A DNA stretch of 64,000 bases from an uncultured Gammaproteobacteria bacterium (GTDB taxonomy: Bacteria > Patescibacteriota > Patescibacteriia > UBA1558 > GWA2-36-10): positions 128,833 through 192,832 of the forward strand of contig CAZWIT010000002.1 of NCBI GenBank assembly GCA_964633905.1, in the 5' to 3' direction. Position numbers and translations under genes: made by a program. Shown here one piece after another: positions 1 to 10,279 of the stretch (position 1 is its first letter; every line of letters begins with the position of its first letter). Under the pieces are notes generated by a model, which was not told where the DNA came from, did no database searches, and saw only the letters and a program-made list of their open reading frames with translations.

Positions 1-324
1 ATTAATAAAAAAACTAAGACCAAAGCTCTACAAATGGTTTTTAGCGACAAAGTAGCAAGTGATAGATTTATTTTAGTTGATAAATATGATGATGCTGCCA
101 AAACTAAAACATTAGCTAAATCTCTAGCCACTTTACCAATCAAAAAACAATCTGTATTAATTATTACTGAGAATGCTCAAGATAAAATAGTATTGGCTGC
201 TAAGAATTTAAAGAAGATTAATACTATTTATTACGGTAGTTTGAATATTAGAGATTTATTAAAACACGAATATTTATTGGTTAGCCAAAATTTATTGGCC
301 AAAATAGTTCAGCATTATTCCTAA
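1..324 (+). CDS. rplD: 50S ribosomal protein L4, C-terminal part (5' truncated by window edge)
   Basis: Frame is open from base 1 (INKKTKTKALQMVFSDK...AAKNL...LNIRDLLKHEYL); lies directly upstream of rplW. Confidence 0.93.
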   Translation: MNKKTKTKALQMVFSDKVASDRFILVDKYDDAAKTKTLAKSLATLPIKKQSVLIITENAQDKIVLAAKNLKKINTIYYGSLNIRDLLKHEYLLVSQNLLAKIVQHYS

Positions 325-331
325 AGCAATT

Positions 332-733
332 ATGAGTATTTTTTCAAAAAAAGAAACTGCTGCCAAAACAGCAACTACTAAAGTAAAAAAAGTAGCTAAG
401 GTTAAAGCAGTCGCTAAAGTAAATAAGGAAACTAGACTAAAAGCTAGCGATCGTCCTTATCGTATTTTAATTAAACCTTTGATTTCCGAAAAGGCTACTA
501 TGGTTAATGCTTTAAATAAATATGTATTTGCAGTTAGTATTAAAGCTAATAAAGTAGAAATTAAAAAAGCCATCGAAGAATTATATAATGTTGTGCCTGT
601 TAGTGTTAATATTTTGCGTAGCACTGGCAAGTATGTTCGTTCTAATCGTGGCTACGGAAAGCGTTCTGATTCAAAAAAAGCTATCGTTACCTTAAGAAAA
701 GGCGATAGTATTAAATTATACGAAGGTATTTAA
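332..733 (+). CDS. rplW: 50S ribosomal protein L23 with Lys/Ala-rich N-terminal extension
   Basis: ILIKPLISEKAT...NKYVF...ANKVEIKKAIEELY...KKAIVTL motifs; S10 operon order. Confidence 0.96.
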   Translation: MSIFSKKETAAKTATTKVKKVAKVKAVAKVNKETRLKASDRPYRILIKPLISEKATMVNALNKYVFAVSIKANKVEIKKAIEELYNVVPVSVNILRSTGKYVRSNRGYGKRSDSKKAIVTLRKGDSIKLYEGI

Positions 734-742
734 AGATTTATT

Positions 743-1579
743 ATGCCAATTAAAGTATACAATCCAATTACTCCTGCTCGTCGTAAGACTAGTGCTTTGA
801 TTAATCGAGATTTAGATAAGGTTAAGCCCTTAAAATCTTTGATGTTGTCTGATAAGCGTAGAGCTGGCCGTAATAACACTGGTAAAATTACAGTGCGTCA
901 CCAAGGTGGTGGTAGTCGTAAATTAATTAGAGTAGTTGATTTTATCCAGAGTCGCTATGATATTCCAGCCAAAGTAGCAGCTATTGAATATGATCCAAAT
1001 CGTAGCACTAATATTGCTCGTTTAGTTTACGCTGATGGTGTAAAATCTTATATCATTGCTCCAGAATCTTTGCGTAATGGCGATAGTGTTTTGTCTTCTC
1101 AGAAAAATATCGCTATTAAAATTGCTAATCGTTTACCTTTAAAGCATATTCCAACTGGTACTATTATTTATAATGTTGAGTTGGTGCCTGGCAAAGGTGG
1201 CAGACTCGCACGTTCAGCTGGTAGTAGTTTGACCTTAATGTCTTTATCTGACGGTAAAGCCCAGCTTAAAATGCCTAGCGGTGAAATTAGATTAGTGTCT
1301 GAAGATTGCAGTGCCAGCATTGGTGTGCCAAGCAATATTGATTGGCGCAATGTGCGTTGGGGTAAAGCTGGTCGTATGCGTCACCGCGGTATTCGTCCTA
1401 CTGTTCGTGGTAAAGTAATGAATCCAGTAGACCATCCTCATGGTGGTGGTGAAGGACATAACCCAATCGGTTTGAAACATCCTAAGACTTATACTGGTAA
1501 ACCAGCCTTAGGTGTCAAGACTAGAAAAGGTAATAAATATTCAAACAAGTTTATTGTTCAACGTCGCAAAAAGAAATAA
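743..1579 (+). CDS. rplB: 50S ribosomal protein L2
   Basis: GRNNTGKITVRHQGGG, IEYDPNRS, RPTVRGKVMNPVDHPHGGGEG. Confidence 0.99.
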   Translation: MPIKVYNPITPARRKTSALINRDLDKVKPLKSLMLSDKRRAGRNNTGKITVRHQGGGSRKLIRVVDFIQSRYDIPAKVAAIEYDPNRSTNIARLVYADGVKSYIIAPESLRNGDSVLSSQKNIAIKIANRLPLKHIPTGTIIYNVELVPGKGGRLARSAGSSLTLMSLSDGKAQLKMPSGEIRLVSEDCSASIGVPSNIDWRNVRWGKAGRMRHRGIRPTVRGKVMNPVDHPHGGGEGHNPIGLKHPKTYTGKPALGVKTRKGNKYSNKFIVQRRKKK

Positions 1580-1612
1580 TAAGATCAAAGACCATAAAGA
1601 ATAAGTAAATAT

Positions 1613-1906
1613 ATGTCAAGAAGTTTAAAAAAAGGCCCATTCACTGATCCACGCCTATTGAAAAAAATTATCAATCGGCGTCCAACTGAAGGCAAAATTA
1701 TCAAAACCTGGTCACGAGTTTCTGTGATTACTCCTGAGATGGTTGGTTTTACCTTTGGTGTTCATAATGGTAAGGATCATTTACCAGTCCATGTTGTAGA
1801 AAATATGGTAGGTCATCACTTAGGTGAATTTGCTCCAACCCGTAAATTTGTGGTCCATGGTGGTAAGATGGCAAAATCTCAAGCCAAAGAAGAAACAGCT
1901 AAATAA
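1613..1906 (+). CDS. rpsS: 30S ribosomal protein S19
   Basis: [34 protein letters not shown]. Confidence 0.99.
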   Translation: MSRSLKKGPFTDPRLLKKIINRRPTEGKIIKTWSRVSVITPEMVGFTFGVHNGKDHLPVHVVENMVGHHLGEFAPTRKFVVHGGKMAKSQAKEETAK

Positions 1907-1915
1907 TTTTAGGAT

Positions 1916-2455
1916 ATGATAGAAATACAAGCAAAATTAAACAATGCAAAACTTGCGCCCAAAAAAGTGCGCTTGGTTGCGAATGCTATTCGTGGTTTAG
2001 CTGTTGTAAAAGCGCAAGAGCGTTTGGCAGTGATTTTCAAAAAATCATCTCCAGTGCTTATCAAACTTTTACGTTCAGCTATTGCCAATGCTAAAGATCG
2101 CTATGAAGTAAAAGAAGAAGATCTAATAGTAAAAAGCATTCAGGTTAACAAAGGCCGTGATTTAAAACGTTGGCGTCCAGCTGCTTTTGGTCGGGCTCAT
2201 CCTTTTAGTACACATTATTGTCACGTTACTTTGGTTTTAGGTCTAAAGCCGGGTGCTAGTGCCAAAGCTTTAGCTAAAGAAAAAGTTGCCGTTGAAACCG
2301 TAGATTTGACTAAAGTAGAAAATAAAGCAGCTGCCAAAGAAGCAGGTGTTGCTGATAAAGCTAAAGGTCTAAAAGAAACAATTGGCAAATTAAAGAAAAC
2401 TAAAGCTCAAAACATTGATAATAAAGCCAAGGGCGTTAGAGTAAAAAAAGGTTAA
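1916..2455 (+). CDS. rplV: 50S ribosomal protein L22 with long basic C-terminal extension
   Basis: PKKVRLVANAIRG, KLLRSAIANA, RPAAFGRA core followed by ~65 aa Lys/Ala-rich tail. Confidence 0.96.
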   Translation: MIEIQAKLNNAKLAPKKVRLVANAIRGLAVVKAQERLAVIFKKSSPVLIKLLRSAIANAKDRYEVKEEDLIVKSIQVNKGRDLKRWRPAAFGRAHPFSTHYCHVTLVLGLKPGASAKALAKEKVAVETVDLTKVENKAAAKEAGVADKAKGLKETIGKLKKTKAQNIDNKAKGVRVKKG

Positions 2456-2459
2456 TTAT

Positions 2460-3239
2460 ATGGGAAAGAAAGTAAATCCAAGAGTATTTCGTCTCGGTTT
2501 AAGCGAACGTTGGCGTTCACGCTGGTTTGCTGGTAAAGATTATGCCAAATTTTTACAGCAAGACATGTTGATTCGTAAATTTTTACAAGTCGAATTAAAA
2601 GATGCTGGCGTTGATCGTGTTGAAATAGAAAGAAATCGTGGCGAAATTATAATTAATATTATTGCTGCTAAACCAGGCGTAATTATTGGTAGAGGCGGTG
2701 CTGGTATTGAAGAATTAAAAGCCAAGGTTGTTCGTAAAATTTTAGGGAAAGGCATTAAATTACAAATTAATGTTACCGAAGTTCAATCTGCTAATTTGTC
2801 AGCTAATGTCATTGTTCAAAATATCAAAGAAGATATTGAGAAGCGTATGCCTTATCGTCGTACCATGAAGCAGAATATTGAAAAAGTCATGAAAGCTGGC
2901 GCTAAAGGTGTTCGTATTAAAGTAGCTGGTCGTTTAAATGGCGCTGAAATTGCTCGTTCAGAAAAATTATCAGAAGGTTCTATTCCTTTGCAGACCTTGC
3001 GCGCTAATATTGATTATAGTCGTGGCGTTGCTAATACCATCTATGGTGTAATCGGTATTAAAGTTTGGATTTATAAAGGTGAGTATTTTGATAAAACAGT
3101 TAAACCAAAAGAAGAAATCAAAGTTTCACAAAAAACTGTTAAATTGTTTAATAAAGACAAAGCTGTTTCTTTAGCATCTTTGACTAAAAATACTGGTGAA
3201 GCTGCCCATAAACCAGTTAAGAAAACCACTAAAAAATAG
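2460..3239 (+). CDS. rpsC: 30S ribosomal protein S3
   Basis: MGKKVNPRVFRLG, KPGVIIGRGG, GRLNGAEIAR, IPLQTLRANIDY, YGVIGIKVWIYKGE. Confidence 0.99.
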   Translation: MGKKVNPRVFRLGLSERWRSRWFAGKDYAKFLQQDMLIRKFLQVELKDAGVDRVEIERNRGEIIINIIAAKPGVIIGRGGAGIEELKAKVVRKILGKGIKLQINVTEVQSANLSANVIVQNIKEDIEKRMPYRRTMKQNIEKVMKAGAKGVRIKVAGRLNGAEIARSEKLSEGSIPLQTLRANIDYSRGVANTIYGVIGIKVWIYKGEYFDKTVKPKEEIKVSQKTVKLFNKDKAVSLASLTKNTGEAAHKPVKKTTKK

Positions 3240-3261
3240 GATAAATTGATTTATTAATAAT

Positions 3262-3678
3262 ATGTTAGCACCCAAGAAATTAAAACATAGAAAATGGCAT
3301 CGTGGTGACCAGATAAAAGGTAAAGCAACCCGCAATAATACTTTAGCTTATGGCCAATTTGGCTTAAAAAGTTTAGAAGCTGGTTGGGTTTCCGCCCGTC
3401 AGATCGAATCAGCCCGTCGCGCTATTGTTGGTTATATTCAACGTGGCGGTGATGTTTTTATTCGTATTTTTCCAGACAAGCCAATTACTTTTAAAGGTAA
3501 TGAAATGCCTATGGGTAAAGGTAAGGGTGCTGTTGATCATTATGTAGCAGTTGTAAAACCTGGCACCGTTATGTTTGAAATGCGCGGTGTTGATGAAGCT
3601 AGTGCTCGTAGAGCTATTGATTTAGCCAGACATAAATTGTCAGTTAAAAGTAAATTTGTTAGTAAAGAGTTAAAATAA
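3262..3678 (+). CDS. rplP: 50S ribosomal protein L16
   Basis: [41 protein letters not shown]. Confidence 0.99.
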   Translation: MLAPKKLKHRKWHRGDQIKGKATRNNTLAYGQFGLKSLEAGWVSARQIESARRAIVGYIQRGGDVFIRIFPDKPITFKGNEMPMGKGKGAVDHYVAVVKPGTVMFEMRGVDEASARRAIDLARHKLSVKSKFVSKELK

Positions 3679-3682
3679 TTTT

Positions 3683-3922
3683 ATGGATTTTCAAGAGATT
3701 AAAAAACTGAACTCAAGCGATTTGCATAAGAATTTAAGCGAACTAAGACAGAAAGTGCGTGAATTACGTTTTAGTATTGCTAATAATCAGTTAAAAAATA
3801 TGCATCAATTTCGCCAAACAAAACTTACTATTGCTAGAATTTTAACTGTTTTAAAACAACAAGAAACAACAACAGCTAAAGCAGTTGATACTAAAAGTAG
3901 TCAGGAAGATCATAAAGAATAA
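3683..3922 (+). CDS. rpmC: 50S ribosomal protein L29
   Basis: ELRF...QLKNMHQFRQTKLTIARILT; between rplP and rpsQ. Confidence 0.95.
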   Translation: MDFQEIKKLNSSDLHKNLSELRQKVRELRFSIANNQLKNMHQFRQTKLTIARILTVLKQQETTTAKAVDTKSSQEDHKE

Positions 3923-3935
3923 ATAATTTTTTTAT

Positions 3936-4208
3936 ATGAAATCTGTAAAGAAAAATGAGCAAGCTAAAGTTATTCATCGCCGTCGTTTGATTGGTGTTGT
4001 GTTTAGCGACAAGATGATTAATACCGTGGTAGTAAAAGTGATTACGGTAAAAATGCATCCTAAGTATAAAAAGCAATATCAACAAAGCCGTAAGTATAAA
4101 GCTCACGTTATTGATAAAACTTATAAAGTTGGTGATGAGGTTATTATTGAGGCTTGTCGGCCAATGTCCGCCGATAAACGTTGGCGCGTTGTGAGTAAAG
4201 TTAAATAA
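3936..4208 (+). CDS. rpsQ: 30S ribosomal protein S17
   Basis: [43 protein letters not shown]. Confidence 0.98.
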   Translation: MKSVKKNEQAKVIHRRRLIGVVFSDKMINTVVVKVITVKMHPKYKKQYQQSRKYKAHVIDKTYKVGDEVIIEACRPMSADKRWRVVSKVK

Positions 4209-4218
4209 ATTAAAATAT

Positions 4219-4590
4219 ATGATACAGCATCGTTCAATGTTACAAGTCGCGGATAATTCTGGAGCAAAATTGGTCCAGTGTATTCGAGTTTTAGGTGGTT
4301 ACCAAAAGCGTTATGCCCAAATCGGGGATATGATTAATGTTGTTGTAAAAGTAGCCCAACCTCATGCTCAAGTAAAAAAGAGTCAGGTATTACATGCCGT
4401 GATTGTTAGACAGCGTAAAGAAGTTCGTCGTAGCAGCGGTGTTTATATTCGTTTTGATGATAATGCGGTCGTAATTATTGATAAAAAATCCAAAGAGCCA
4501 GTCGGTAGTCGTATTTTTGGACCGGTGGCTAGAGAATTAAGAGCTAAAGGTTATAATAAGATTATATCCTTAGCCTCAGAAGTATTATAA
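4219..4590 (+). CDS. rplN: 50S ribosomal protein L14
   Basis: [40 protein letters not shown]. Confidence 0.99.
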   Translation: MIQHRSMLQVADNSGAKLVQCIRVLGGYQKRYAQIGDMINVVVKVAQPHAQVKKSQVLHAVIVRQRKEVRRSSGVYIRFDDNAVVIIDKKSKEPVGSRIFGPVARELRAKGYNKIISLASEVL

Positions 4591-4591
4591 T

Positions 4592-4936
4592 ATGGCTACT
4601 AAAATTAAAGTTAACGATAAAGTTTTCATTATTGCCGGCAAAGAAAAAGGTAAAGTTGGCAAAGTGATTCAAGTTTTACCACAAGGTAACAAAATTGTGG
4701 TGGAGGGTGTTAATGTTATGTATAAACATTTACGCACTCAGAAAAAAGGCGATAAAGGCCAGAGAGTTCAATTTAATGGGCCATTAAATATTAGTAATGT
4801 GTTATTAAATTGTCCTAAATGTGGCAAAAATTCTAGAGTTGGTTTTCAAGTATCAAATTTGACTGGAGAAGATAAAAAGTCTGTTAAAAAAACCAAAGTT
4901 AGAATATGTAAAAAGTGCCAAGAAATTATTGATTAA
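4592..4936 (+). CDS. rplX: 50S ribosomal protein L24 (has CxxC...CxxC)
   Basis: KOW motif DKVFIIAGKEKGKVGKV, VVEGVN, ISNV; CPKC and CKKC. Confidence 0.97.
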   Translation: MATKIKVNDKVFIIAGKEKGKVGKVIQVLPQGNKIVVEGVNVMYKHLRTQKKGDKGQRVQFNGPLNISNVLLNCPKCGKNSRVGFQVSNLTGEDKKSVKKTKVRICKKCQEIID

Positions 4937-4972
4937 TATATTATTATAAAATAGTAAAATTGATTCACGGTT

Positions 4973-5524
4973 ATGAATAAATTACAAGAAAAATATCAAA
5001 CCAGTTTAAGACCAGAGCTCAAAAAAACTTTGGCTTTAGACAATATTATGTCCGTACCAAAAGTTTTAAAGGTAGTGGTCAATATTGGTATTGGTAAAGC
5101 TTCTCAAGACAAAAAGTATATTGATATCGGTGAAGCAATTTTGACTCGTATTACTGGTCAAAAACCAGTCTTAACTAAGGCCAAAAAGTCAATTTCTAAT
5201 TTTAAAATTAGAGAAGGCATGGTAATTGGTGCCAAAGTTACTTTGCGAGGCAAGATGATGTATGATTTTTTAGAAAAATTAATTAATAGTACTATTCCTC
5301 GTTTACGTGATTTTTATGGTTTAGAAACTAAAAAAGGTTTTGATGGCCAAGGAAATTATATTTTAGGCTTTAAAGAACATATTGTTTTTCCAGAAATTGG
5401 CATGGAGGATGTAGATCGTACCCATGGTCTAGAAATAGCGATTAACACTTCAGCTAAAAATAACGAAGAGGCATTAGCTTTGCTTACTGCCTTGGGATTT
5501 CCTTTTAAGAAAACTAAAAAATAA
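4973..5524 (+). CDS. rplE: 50S ribosomal protein L5
   Basis: ITGQKPVLTKAKKSISNFKIREG, KVTLRG, IPRLRDF, FDGQGNY, FPEI. Confidence 0.99.
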   Translation: MNKLQEKYQTSLRPELKKTLALDNIMSVPKVLKVVVNIGIGKASQDKKYIDIGEAILTRITGQKPVLTKAKKSISNFKIREGMVIGAKVTLRGKMMYDFLEKLINSTIPRLRDFYGLETKKGFDGQGNYILGFKEHIVFPEIGMEDVDRTHGLEIAINTSAKNNEEALALLTALGFPFKKTKK

Positions 5525-5552
5525 GATCAAGTAAAAGATTAATTTAAATATT

Positions 5553-5738
5553 ATGGCAACTAAAGCAAGAATAGCAAAATCAAAGAAAAAGCCAAAATTC
5601 TCAACTAGAATTGTGAGACGTTGTTGGCGTTGTGGTCGTAACCGTTCCTATATTGGAGCTGTTAAGATGTGTCGTATTTGTTTTAGAGAATTAGCTGACA
5701 AAGGTGAATTACCTGGTGTTACTAAATCTAGCTGGTAA
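5553..5738 (+). CDS. rpsN: 30S ribosomal protein S14, Zn-binding short (type Z) form
   Basis: 61 aa, RCWRCGR...MCRICFRELA...LPGVTKSSW. Confidence 0.98.
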   Translation: MATKARIAKSKKKPKFSTRIVRRCWRCGRNRSYIGAVKMCRICFRELADKGELPGVTKSSW

Positions 5739-5784
5739 ATATAATTTAAATATAATTTTATATAAAAATAAGTAAAGTATAAAT

Positions 5785-6174
5785 ATGATAGATTCCATTG
5801 CCGACATGTTAACTAGAATTCGCAATGCTTCTGCGGTAAAAAAGGCAGAGGTAGTGATGCCTTGCTCAAAAATTAAGATGAGTATTGCTGAAATTTTAGT
5901 TAGAGAGAATTATATTGGGGGTGTCGAAAAAATAAAGGTGGGTAAATTTGATTTTATTCGCTTAAAGCTGAAATATACTGACCATGGTCCAGCAATTCGT
6001 CACATCAAAAATATTTCTACTCCTGGTCAGAGGATTTATGTGTCCACTAAAGATATACCACAAATCTTAAATGGTTATGGTACGGCTATTATCTCTACTT
6101 CTCGCGGCTTAATGACTGGCAAAGAAGCAGCTAAAAATAAAGCCGGTGGTGAATTAATGTTTGAAATTTGGTAA
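5785..6174 (+). CDS. rpsH: 30S ribosomal protein S8
   Basis: DSIADMLTRIRNA, ISTPGQRIY, IISTSRGLMT, GGELMFEIW. Confidence 0.99.
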   Translation: MIDSIADMLTRIRNASAVKKAEVVMPCSKIKMSIAEILVRENYIGGVEKIKVGKFDFIRLKLKYTDHGPAIRHIKNISTPGQRIYVSTKDIPQILNGYGTAIISTSRGLMTGKEAAKNKAGGELMFEIW

Positions 6175-6178
6175 TTAT

Positions 6179-6718
6179 ATGTCCAGAATAGGAAAAAAAA
6201 TAATTATAATTCCTGAAAAAGTTGAAGTTAAAATCAACGCTCAGGTAGTAGCAGTTAAAGGGCCAAAAGGTAACCTCGAGTTAACTTTGCCTAATGGTAT
6301 TAAGGTCGTTCAAGATGGTGGTAATTTACAATTGACTTTGGAATCCAAAGAAAAAGGAGCTGATGCTCTATGGGGTTTGTCCAGGGCGTTACTCCAAAAT
6401 GCTATTACTGGAGTTTCTCAGGGTTTTAGTAAAGTTTTAGAGATTAATGGTGTTGGTTTTAAAGCTGCTATGCAGGGTAAAAAATTAATGCTAAACGTAG
6501 GTTTTTCCCATCAGGTAGAGTATGAATCACCAGCAGGTATTACTATTAGTGTTGAAAAAAACCAAATAACTGTTAGTGGTATTGATCGTCAATTGGTTGG
6601 TCAAACAGCTGCAGAAATTAGAGCTATTAAAAAACCAGAACCTTACAAAGGTAAGGGCATTAAATATATAGATGAAACTATTCGTCGTAAAGCTGGTAAG
6701 GTAGTAAAATCGGCTTAA
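6179..6718 (+). CDS. rplF: 50S ribosomal protein L6 (start moved to ATG 6179, MSRIGKK)
   Basis: MSRIGKK, VKGPKG, GFSH, PEPYKGKGIKY. Confidence 0.98.
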   Translation: MSRIGKKIIIIPEKVEVKINAQVVAVKGPKGNLELTLPNGIKVVQDGGNLQLTLESKEKGADALWGLSRALLQNAITGVSQGFSKVLEINGVGFKAAMQGKKLMLNVGFSHQVEYESPAGITISVEKNQITVSGIDRQLVGQTAAEIRAIKKPEPYKGKGIKYIDETIRRKAGKVVKSA

Positions 6719-6732
6719 AGATTTTAAAACAT

Positions 6733-7089
6733 ATGAAGGATTTAAATAAAGTAAAAGTACAAAAAATCGTCCGTCGACGCATTAGAACTAGGGCTAAAAT
6801 GCAAGGCACAGCACTCAAGCCTCGGGTTTCAGTTTTTCGTAGTTTAATGCATATTTATGCCCAAGCTATTAATGATGATGCTAAAACCACATTGGTAGCT
6901 GCTTCTGATAAAGAGCTTAAGGCATCAGCTAAAAAACAAGATTTAGCTGCTCAAGTCGGTGAGCTTTTGGGTAAAAAATTACAGGATAAAAAAATTAGCC
7001 AGGTAATCTTTGATCGTGGTGCTTATAAATATCACGGCAGAGTAAAAATGTTAGCCGAAGGCTTAAGAAAATCTGGTATTAAATTTTAA
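6733..7089 (+). CDS. rplR: 50S ribosomal protein L18
   Basis: PRVSVFRSLMHIYAQ, FDRGAYKYHGRVK. Confidence 0.98.
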   Translation: MKDLNKVKVQKIVRRRIRTRAKMQGTALKPRVSVFRSLMHIYAQAINDDAKTTLVAASDKELKASAKKQDLAAQVGELLGKKLQDKKISQVIFDRGAYKYHGRVKMLAEGLRKSGIKF

Positions 7090-7094
7090 ATATT

Positions 7095-7748
7095 ATGGAT
7101 AATATCAAGCAGCAAAATTTAAGCGTGGAAACTACTACTGATCAAAAGAGCGATCAGACAGCTAAACGTAAATATAGCGGTCGTCCTATGCCCAGCAGAG
7201 CTCGTCGTGAAAAAGTCAACGATGAATTTGAACAACGTATTATTGATTTGGCTAGAGTTACAAGGGTAATGGCTGGTGGTAAAAGAATGAAGTTCAGAGC
7301 CTGTTTAGTTTTGGGTGATAAAAATGGCCGCGTTGGTCTAGGTTTAGCCAAAGGCGCTGATGTTTCTCAAGCTATTTCCAAGTCAGCTACTATGGCTAGA
7401 AAACAAATTCAGATCGTTCCTATTTATAATGGTACTATTCCACACCAAGTGACAGTTAAGCTTAAATCAGCTAAAATAATGGTAAAGCCAGCCAAAAAAG
7501 GTAGTGGTATCAAAGCAGGTGGCGTGGTTCGTACCGTACTTGAACTAGCTGGTATCAAAGATGTTACTGCTAAAATTTTAGGAACCAATAATAAAGTAAA
7601 TAACGCTCGCGCTACTTTGCTTGCCTTGGCTTCCTTTATCCCAGCTTCAGTTGTAAAAACTACTGATAAAGATAAAAACAAGAATTCCGAAAGTAAAAAT
7701 AATTTTAATAGAGATTATAAACCAGCTCAAAATAAAGTAAGAAAATAA
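7095..7748 (+). CDS. rpsE: 30S ribosomal protein S5 with N- and C-terminal extensions
   Basis: RVTRVMAGGKRMKFRA, GTIPH, PAKKGSGIKAGG, LELAGIKD. Confidence 0.98.
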   Translation: MDNIKQQNLSVETTTDQKSDQTAKRKYSGRPMPSRARREKVNDEFEQRIIDLARVTRVMAGGKRMKFRACLVLGDKNGRVGLGLAKGADVSQAISKSATMARKQIQIVPIYNGTIPHQVTVKLKSAKIMVKPAKKGSGIKAGGVVRTVLELAGIKDVTAKILGTNNKVNNARATLLALASFIPASVVKTTDKDKNKNSESKNNFNRDYKPAQNKVRK

Positions 7749-7752
7749 TTGT

Positions 7753-8238
7753 ATGCTAGCTTTACATAACTTAAAATCTTCTACTGGATCAACAAAACGT
7801 CGCAAGCGATTGGGACGTGGTAGCGGTAGTGGTCATGGTAATTATTCTACTCGTGGTATGAAGGGCCAACGAGCCAGATCTGGTGGTAAATCCGGTCTTG
7901 CTTTGCGTAGTGTCAGGAGCTATTTATTACGTATTCCAAAAAATCGTGGCTTTAGATCATTAGCTACTAAATTTGTTGTGGTTAATGTGGGTGTGTTAGA
8001 AGAAAATTTTAAAGCTGGCGAGACAGTTAATGTTAGAAGTTTACATAAATTAGGATTAGTAAATACTACTACTGCTGGTTTGAAAATTTTATCAAGTGGT
8101 GAGTTAAAAAAGAATTTATTAGTAGAAGCCAACGCCTTTTCTGAAGGGGCTAAGGCAAAAATAGAAGCAGCTGGTGGCAAAATTAAATTAGTCAAAAAGC
8201 AAAAAGCCGCCTCTGAAAAAATTGCTGATAAAAAATAA
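7753..8238 (+). CDS. rplO: 50S ribosomal protein L15
   Basis: RKRLGRGSGSGHG, RGMKGQRARSG, KILSSGEL, FSEGAKAKIEAAGG. Confidence 0.98.
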   Translation: MLALHNLKSSTGSTKRRKRLGRGSGSGHGNYSTRGMKGQRARSGGKSGLALRSVRSYLLRIPKNRGFRSLATKFVVVNVGVLEENFKAGETVNVRSLHKLGLVNTTTAGLKILSSGELKKNLLVEANAFSEGAKAKIEAAGGKIKLVKKQKAASEKIADKK

Positions 8239-8240
8239 TT

Positions 8241-9518
8241 ATGCTTGCAAAATTAAAACAACTTCTTAAGGCTAAAGATGTTCGTAATAGTATCTTGTTT
8301 GTTTTAGGATTACTTGTTATTTATCGCATTGCCGCCCATGTGCCAATTCCTGGTATCGATGTCACTGCTCTTAAAGATTATTTACAAAATAATCAACTCT
8401 TAGGATTACTCAGTGTATTTTCTGGTGGTTCACTCCAGAATTTTTCAGTTATTATGTTAGGAGTCGGTCCTTATATTACTGCCTCCATTATCTTGCAGTT
8501 AATGGTAATGATAGTACCAAAGTTAGAAGCTTTGAGTAAAGAAGGTGAGTATGGTCAACAAAAAATTAGTCAATATACCAGAATATTGACAGTGCCTTTA
8601 TCTTTTATTCAGGCCTATTCTTATATTAAATTATTATCAAATCAATCGGGTGGTCAGCTACTTGCTGATATGACTATTTATCAATTACTAACCACTATTA
8701 TTATTATCACAGCTGGTACTATGTTTTTGGTATGGCTAGGTGAGCTTATTACTGAAAAACATGTTGGCAACGGTGTGTCTTTGATTATTTTTGCTGGCAT
8801 TGTGGCTGGTGTACCGGCTAGTATTCGTAATACTTTTGTATCTTTTGACAACACCATGGTTTTAAATTTATTAATTTTTATAGCCATTGGTTTGATTACC
8901 ATAGCAGCGGTTGTTTTAATGACCGAAGGTCAACGCAATATCCCAGTGTCTTATGCTCGTCATATGGCTGGCACACGTAGCGTCGGTGGTGTAAATACTC
9001 ATTTGCCATTGCGCGTAAATCAAGCTGGTGTTATTCCAATTATCTTTGCGGTGTCAGTTATTTTATTTCCTTCCATGGTAGCTCAATTTTTTGTTAATTC
9101 CCAAGTAGCTAGCCTTGCCAATTTTTCTCAGTGGATTTTAGACATTTTTAAGAATCAAACAATTTACGCTATTATTTATTTTATTTTAGTTTTCTTGTTT
9201 ACCTATTTTTATACTTCAGTTATTTTTAAACCTGTCCAGATCGCTGAAAATTTGCAAAAACAAGGTGGTTTTATTCCTGGCATTCGTCCTGGTAGACCAA
9301 CTTCTGATTATTTAAATTCAGTAATGAATAGGGTAATACTTGCTGGTGCAATATTTTTAGGCTTGATTGCCATTTTACCAATTGTAGTTAGTCCTTTGAC
9401 TGGCATTACTACCTTTGCTTTAGGTGGTACTAGTTTGCTCATCGTTGTTTCGGTGGTTATAGAAACCTTAAAACAAATAGATGCCCAGTTAGTAATGAGG
9501 GACTATGAAGGATTATAG
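8241..9518 (+). CDS. secY: Preprotein translocase subunit SecY
   Basis: LGVGPYITASII, WLGELIT...GNGVSLIIFAGI, AGVIPIIFA, GGFIPGIRPG, GGTSLLIVVSV. Confidence 0.99.
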   Translation: MLAKLKQLLKAKDVRNSILFVLGLLVIYRIAAHVPIPGIDVTALKDYLQNNQLLGLLSVFSGGSLQNFSVIMLGVGPYITASIILQLMVMIVPKLEALSKEGEYGQQKISQYTRILTVPLSFIQAYSYIKLLSNQSGGQLLADMTIYQLLTTIIIITAGTMFLVWLGELITEKHVGNGVSLIIFAGIVAGVPASIRNTFVSFDNTMVLNLLIFIAIGLITIAAVVLMTEGQRNIPVSYARHMAGTRSVGGVNTHLPLRVNQAGVIPIIFAVSVILFPSMVAQFFVNSQVASLANFSQWILDIFKNQTIYAIIYFILVFLFTYFYTSVIFKPVQIAENLQKQGGFIPGIRPGRPTSDYLNSVMNRVILAGAIFLGLIAILPIVVSPLTGITTFALGGTSLLIVVSVVIETLKQIDAQLVMRDYEGL

Positions 9519-9528
9519 ATTTTATAGT

Positions 9529-9570
9529 AAAAATTAAGCCCATAACTCTAGGGCTTAATTTTTTGTTTTT
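9529..9570 (+). terminator. Intrinsic terminator after secY
   Basis: aaaaattaagccc-(9 nt)-gggcttaattttt stem followed by T-rich run. Confidence 0.75.
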
Positions 9571-9595
9571 GGCATTTCCGTAAATCACGAGTTTT

Positions 9596-9604
9596 TGTTA
9601 TAAT
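9596..9604 (+). promoter_or_regulatory. Extended -10 promoter (TGTTATAAT) for the adk operon
   Basis: TGnTATAAT ending about 21 nt upstream of adk ATG, just after the secY terminator. Confidence 0.55.
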
Positions 9605-9625
9605 TTTAAAGTAATTAATAAAAAC

Positions 9626-10279
9626 ATGGCTAATAAAAAAATAAGCAAAATTATTCTTTTAGGACCACAAGGTTCTGGCAAAAGTACCCAAGGTAAGGTG
9701 ATTAGTGAATTTTTAGACATAGATGTTTTACCGGCAGGGGATTTATTAAGAGCTAACATTAGGCAACATACTGAATTAGGCGCTAGAATTGGTGACTTTG
9801 TTAATAATGGAGAAATGATTCCTAATAGCTTAATGATCTCTTTAATGTTGGGAGAACTCAAAAAACCACAATATAAAAAAGGCTGGTTGCTTGATGGTTT
9901 TCCGCGTGATATTGAGCAAGCTTCCAGTTTGGATCAGCATTATTTAGTTGATAAAGTTTTTAATATTGAAATTAGCAATGAACTTGCTATTGCTCGTATT
10001 GCTGGTCGGCGCATTTGCCCTAATGGTCATGTTTTTCATATTGAGCATGCTCCCTCTACTAAGGCAGATTTTTGCGATATTTGCCATGAAGCTTTATATT
10101 ATCGAGAAGATGATCAAGTTCATGTTGTGGAAAAAAGGTTGGGTATTTATCGAAACGAAACAGTAAAATTATTGCGTTATTATGAACAGCAGGGTAAGCT
10201 AGTGGTTTTTGATGGTAGTCCTAGTATTGCCGAAGTTTCCAAAAATATTATAGATTATTTGAAACAAAATGTGGGATAA
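9626..10279 (+). CDS. adk: Adenylate kinase
   Basis: P-loop GPQGSGKSTQG, GDLLR, LLDGFPR, LID RRICPNGH...CDIC, REDD. Confidence 0.95.
   Translation: MANKKISKIILLGPQGSGKSTQGKVISEFLDIDVLPAGDLLRANIRQHTELGARIGDFVNNGEMIPNSLMISLMLGELKKPQYKKGWLLDGFPRDIEQASSLDQHYLVDKVFNIEISNELAIARIAGRRICPNGHVFHIEHAPSTKADFCDICHEALYYREDDQVHVVEKRLGIYRNETVKLLRYYEQQGKLVVFDGSPSIAEVSKNIIDYLKQNVG

Noticed and set aside
1581-5530. Repeated CATAAAGAATAA (1593, 3911) and TAAGATCAA (after rplB and rplE) motifs in the ribosomal operon
   Set aside because: Short and A-rich in an AT-rich genome; cannot be separated from chance without statistics
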